A DNA stretch of 64,000 nt from IMG/VR virus record IMGVR_UViG_3300029305_004466. One strand, given 5' to 3'. The notes beneath the pieces were generated by a model that was not told the origin of the DNA, searched no databases, and saw only the letters and a program-made list of their open reading frames with translations. Both the position numbers and the translations under genes were made by a program. Source of the DNA: a virus. Lineage: Duplodnaviria > Caudoviricetes. Of this stretch, positions 60,615 through 64,000 are shown piece after piece (position 1 is the first letter of the stretch; each line of letters starts with the position of its first letter).

Positions 60615-61843
60615 TTATCATGACAAGAATTACAGAACTGTTAAGCAAGGCATTTGAGGAACTTACAAACGAGGAATTAGTAGAGTTAAAGACTCTCTTA
60701 GCAGAAAATGACATTGATGTTGATGTTATTGATGCAGAAACTTTAGAAACCATTAAGAACATTTTTAAGGAGGAAGATACTATGACAAACGCAACTTTAT
60801 TCCAGATTAAGAGAGACGGTAACTTTGAGGCAAACTTTTCCAAGAACATGACTGCATCCATTAGAGGCGTTGGTTTTGTTCAGGTGAGTGAGATGGAAGC
60901 GGTACACACCTATGCATTCGATGAAGTGATTCATGAAAAGATTCTTGAGAGAGTATTCTGCGAAGCTCAGGATGGTGGTGCTTTCAACTATTCCATGTCC
61001 GTTGGTGATGTTGTTAATATTGGTGATGACTGGTACAGATGCACATCCGATGGTTGGGATAACATTAATGATGAAGTTTCTATTACTGAAGCTTTTGATT
61101 ACACATTAAATAATAAGGAGGAAGAAGAAATGAACACAGCAGGGGCAGTAAGAGAGGAAGTAGAAGTAACTATGGGCGATAAGGCAAAAGAATTTGCTGA
61201 GGCTAGAAAGGAGGACCTTGAAAAGCTTTCCGGTTTCGTGATTGAAAACGTTCCAGTGGTTAAAGCAGAGGTAGAAAAGATGCTTCAGATGCCTAGTGAC
61301 AAGCTTGGTGATTATATTGTAGCCAATGGTAGTAAGGTCATCGGCAACATCATTAAGGGTGTTAAGGATTTCGCTTCTAGTAAGAAGAAGGAAGCTAAAG
61401 ACTTCCCATTCTTTGCAGATGCAGTAACCGAGAGTGCAGAGAAGGCAGAGGCGTTCGTTAAAACCGTTGAAGAGATTACCGATGAAGAAGGCAAGAAAGG
61501 CTGGGGTAAGATTAAGAAGATTGTAAAAGCACTCATTGGTTGGATTCTTAAGATTGTCATTAAGATTGGTGCTGTCATCTTCAAAGTTGCGTTAACAATT
61601 GCTGTTGGTATAATCGCAATTGGTAGTGCAGCCGTATTAACAGCAGGTAGCGTAGCTGGTATTGCTTACAAGGAGGTTGCTAAGCCTGTATTCAATGGTG
61701 GAAAGAAGGTGGTAACTAAGGTAAAGGATAAGATTGTAGACATTAAGGACTCTTTCACAGACGATTTCGATGAGTTATTCGAAGAAGAATCCGATGAGCC
61801 ATCCGAAGAAGAGTCCGATGACTTTGAGGGTGATGAAGAGTAA
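60611..61843 (+). CDS. Multidomain protein: YodL-like domain, helical region, TM segment, acidic tail
   Basis: ILERVF...YSMSVGDVV....WYRC...GW resembles YodL-like; hydrophobic C-terminal block. Confidence 0.55.
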   Translation: MIIMTRITELLSKAFEELTNEELVELKTLLAENDIDVDVIDAETLETIKNIFKEEDTMTNATLFQIKRDGNFEANFSKNMTASIRGVGFVQVSEMEAVHTYAFDEVIHEKILERVFCEAQDGGAFNYSMSVGDVVNIGDDWYRCTSDGWDNINDEVSITEAFDYTLNNKEEEEMNTAGAVREEVEVTMGDKAKEFAEARKEDLEKLSGFVIENVPVVKAEVEKMLQMPSDKLGDYIVANGSKVIGNIIKGVKDFASSKKKEAKDFPFFADAVTESAEKAEAFVKTVEEITDEEGKKGWGKIKKIVKALIGWILKIVIKIGAVIFKVALTIAVGIIAIGSAAVLTAGSVAGIAYKEVAKPVFNGGKKVVTKVKDKIVDIKDSFTDDFDELFEEESDEPSEEESDDFEGDEE

Positions 61844-62119
61844 TCAGTAACTATTAACTAGGGCTTTTGGGTGGTTGGATGGGCGAAAGGATGGGTATCC
61901 GGTACAAATGATAACCATTACTAATGACAAAAGGATAAGTATTGACTTCTAAGTTGACACCAATGGAATTGCTTGAAATTCCGGGGGATGGTTGTCGTTT
62001 AACTATCTCAGGAAATGATAATTCCCTGAGCAAGGGCTATTATCTTTTCTGAGTGTGAGGTGTTCTCTCAGGCGAAGGAGAGACTGGCTTTTTAATTTAT
62101 GAAAGGAAGGAAAACTATT

Positions 62120-62932
62120 ATGGCACAGAAAGAAGTAAGAAACAATGTAACTATCAACACAGCAAACAACAATATGAGAGGAGAAAATGTTATGACAAAG
62201 GATATGTTAAGAGAGGAATTAAAGAAACATGGTATCGAGATAAGCAACGTTCAGTTCAAGAAGACAAAGCACGAGAGACTTGTGGAAATGTTAGGTGAAG
62301 CTATTCAGGCACAGGTCCCAGAACATGAGATTGATAAGGCTAAGGTCGGAGCTTTTGAGGACAAGACTCCTGTTATTCCGCCTGTTGATGCTCCGATTGG
62401 ATTTGATTTTAATATTAAGACTGTTGACACCGAGCATCTTCAAAAGATTTGTCACAATATTTGGCTTCGTTCTTATGAATGCACTAAATCACTCAGCGAG
62501 GAGAATATCGGCAAGAGAATGATTAAGAAGAGTACATTATACAGAGCAATCTATGACGCTTATAAGAAAGAAATAGGTAAGACCGAAGTGCCAGATATGT
62601 TTTATCAGCGTGTTAACTGGTTCCTTAAACATAATGGATTTATTTCCATCACGAAGTATGACAACAATGCATATGTAATCTTCGTAGAAGATAAGTGTAA
62701 AGGGTCCGTAAAAGTAACCACTAATACAGTAGCAAAGATTGATATTACATTCCATAATGCTGATGTTCAGACTGATGGTGTTGTTAGTATCAATAAGGAC
62801 TACACTACCGTTCACCATGGCACATATTGTATTGCAATGCTCAAGAATAATACCCATGACATCCGTGTGACAGTAACCAAGGAAGCAGATACAGCTAAGG
62901 TTAACGCTTTAGTTGATGCTTTATTAGCTTAA
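62120..62932 (+). CDS. Hypothetical protein
   Basis: AGGAAGG RBS before MAQKE. Confidence 0.65.
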   Translation: MAQKEVRNNVTINTANNNMRGENVMTKDMLREELKKHGIEISNVQFKKTKHERLVEMLGEAIQAQVPEHEIDKAKVGAFEDKTPVIPPVDAPIGFDFNIKTVDTEHLQKICHNIWLRSYECTKSLSEENIGKRMIKKSTLYRAIYDAYKKEIGKTEVPDMFYQRVNWFLKHNGFISITKYDNNAYVIFVEDKCKGSVKVTTNTVAKIDITFHNADVQTDGVVSINKDYTTVHHGTYCIAMLKNNTHDIRVTVTKEADTAKVNALVDALLA

Positions 62933-62943
62933 TTAGTAGTTAT

Positions 62944-62966
62944 GGGGCGGTATTCATTATCGCCCC
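62944..62966 (+). terminator. Stem-loop/terminator
   Basis: GGGGCGGTA-ttcat-TATCGCCCC followed by an AT-rich tract. Confidence 0.5.
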
Positions 62967-63007
62967 TTAAATTAATATTATTATTTTATTTTAAGGAGGA
63001 TTTTATT

Positions 63008-63337
63008 ATGACAAAGAAGCAGATTAGAAACGTAAAGAAGGTAATGGCAATGGTTGAGAACAAGAAGTTTTATGGTGGTGATTTTGACAGAGAATACACA
63101 TCTGTTGTTGAAGGTCCGTTATTCCGTAGCCCATTTATCCCTAGAGAATCTCAGTTTATTTCAAGTGCCACTGTAAATCCAGATGGACTTTGCTGTTTTA
63201 AGTCTGATACACTTAGAGCTCTTGGCGTTACAGAAAGTAAGCCAGAAAAAGAAGTGTGTGTTAATGTTAACTATTGTGATATACGTGGTACTCTTGTTGT
63301 ACCAGAGCATGTTGCAAAGTATTTAAAGAGTATTTAA
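63008..63337 (+). CDS. Hypothetical protein
   Basis: AAGGAGGATTTTATTATG leader. Confidence 0.65.
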   Translation: MTKKQIRNVKKVMAMVENKKFYGGDFDREYTSVVEGPLFRSPFIPRESQFISSATVNPDGLCCFKSDTLRALGVTESKPEKEVCVNVNYCDIRGTLVVPEHVAKYLKSI

Positions 63338-63351
63338 AGGAGGATTTTATT

Positions 63352-63537
63352 ATGAAGATGACAAAGAAGATGACAAAGAAGCAGTTAAACAAGGTAAAAA
63401 AGATAATGAAAAAAGTTTATAATAAGATGATAAAAACCACTAGATTTTGTAATGGTTATGGTTATGATAACTACGGAGAAGAGATTCCATTTTGCGGAGA
63501 AAAGTGCCCACTTCTTTGTAATTGTTTTAATAAATAA
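63352..63537 (+). CDS. Small basic Cys-containing protein
   Basis: Same leader; C..CxxxCP..CxC. Confidence 0.6.
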   Translation: MKMTKKMTKKQLNKVKKIMKKVYNKMIKTTRFCNGYGYDNYGEEIPFCGEKCPLLCNCFNK

Positions 63538-63557
63538 CAATTAAGGAGGATTTTATT

Positions 63558-64000
63558 ATGAAGTTATATGATTTTGAAGAAAGTTTTGTAGTTGCATTAA
63601 GAGAATACACTAGTGAAGAGACTAAGGGCTCTTATGATACCGATGGTTTAAATATTTTTGATTTCAGCACTGAGACATTCAATATGAATTCTTATATTGC
63701 TGGTAACAAAATATCTGAGCATCATTACATTTTTGGATATACCAATCGCATGAGTGGTCTTTTGTATCTGGAAGAAGGTAAGCGTGTTTATAATTGCCGT
63801 AATTATGATGGCAAATTGTTTATTGCTTTTGTAACAACAAAGCATCACAAAATCAGTGATGAAATTTATGGCTTTAAGGCAACAGTTAATAAGGTTATAT
63901 TCTATGGTTCTGACAATTCCTATAGACTTGGTGAGCATAATTATCCTGTATTTGCCGGAGACCATATTGAATTCTATAGAGCTCATCAGAGTTATACAGA
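63558..64000 (+). CDS. Hypothetical protein (runs off window)
   Basis: Same leader; open frame MKLYDFEESFVVALREY... to the window end. Confidence 0.65.
   Translation, partial: MKLYDFEESFVVALREYTSEETKGSYDTDGLNIFDFSTETFNMNSYIAGNKISEHHYIFGYTNRMSGLLYLEEGKRVYNCRNYDGKLFIAFVTTKHHKISDEIYGFKATVNKVIFYGSDNSYRLGEHNYPVFAGDHIEFYRAHQSYT

Noticed and set aside
62060-62090. CTCTCAGG…GAAGGAGAGA resembling glycine riboswitch motifs
   Set aside because: The motif order and the rest of the aptamer (CCGAAGGNGCAA) are missing.
57115-63986. Minus-strand ORFs in the right-hand region
   Set aside because: They are antisense to RBS-supported plus-strand genes.
1-64000. Stop-codon reassignment
   Set aside because: Genes are full length in code 11, and TAG/TGA serve as stops followed by RBS-led starts.
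1-64000. CRISPR arrays, tRNAs, introns/inteins in terminase or capsid
   Set aside because: I saw no regular repeat-spacer pattern or cloverleaf. TerL and MCP are uninterrupted and of normal length.

Overview
This window is part of a large, AT-rich myovirus genome, probably infecting a Firmicute given the strong AGGAGG RBSs and sigmaA-type promoters. From ~57 kb leftwards the minus strand carries a near-complete virion morphogenesis operon. Its order is: Gly-rich/unknown genes, putative small terminase, large terminase, portal, prohead protease-scaffold, head accessory protein, major capsid, a ~28 kb block of Ig-like/lectin/collar-domain fibre genes, neck genes, two sheath paralogues, tube and tube-like proteins, two paralogous tail chaperones, and a truncated probable tape measure gene. 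From ~57.2 kb rightwards the plus strand carries small early/host-takeover-type genes. The most striking non-coding signal is two co-oriented type III hammerhead ribozymes (57813-57865, 58281-58339) flanking one ORF. Each is preceded by an H-type pseudoknot and followed by a covarying hairpin whose CCCGU loop mimics the ribozyme's own substrate strand. This could be an mRNA excision/circularisation and translation-control module. Product calls come from motifs and synteny, not database searches.
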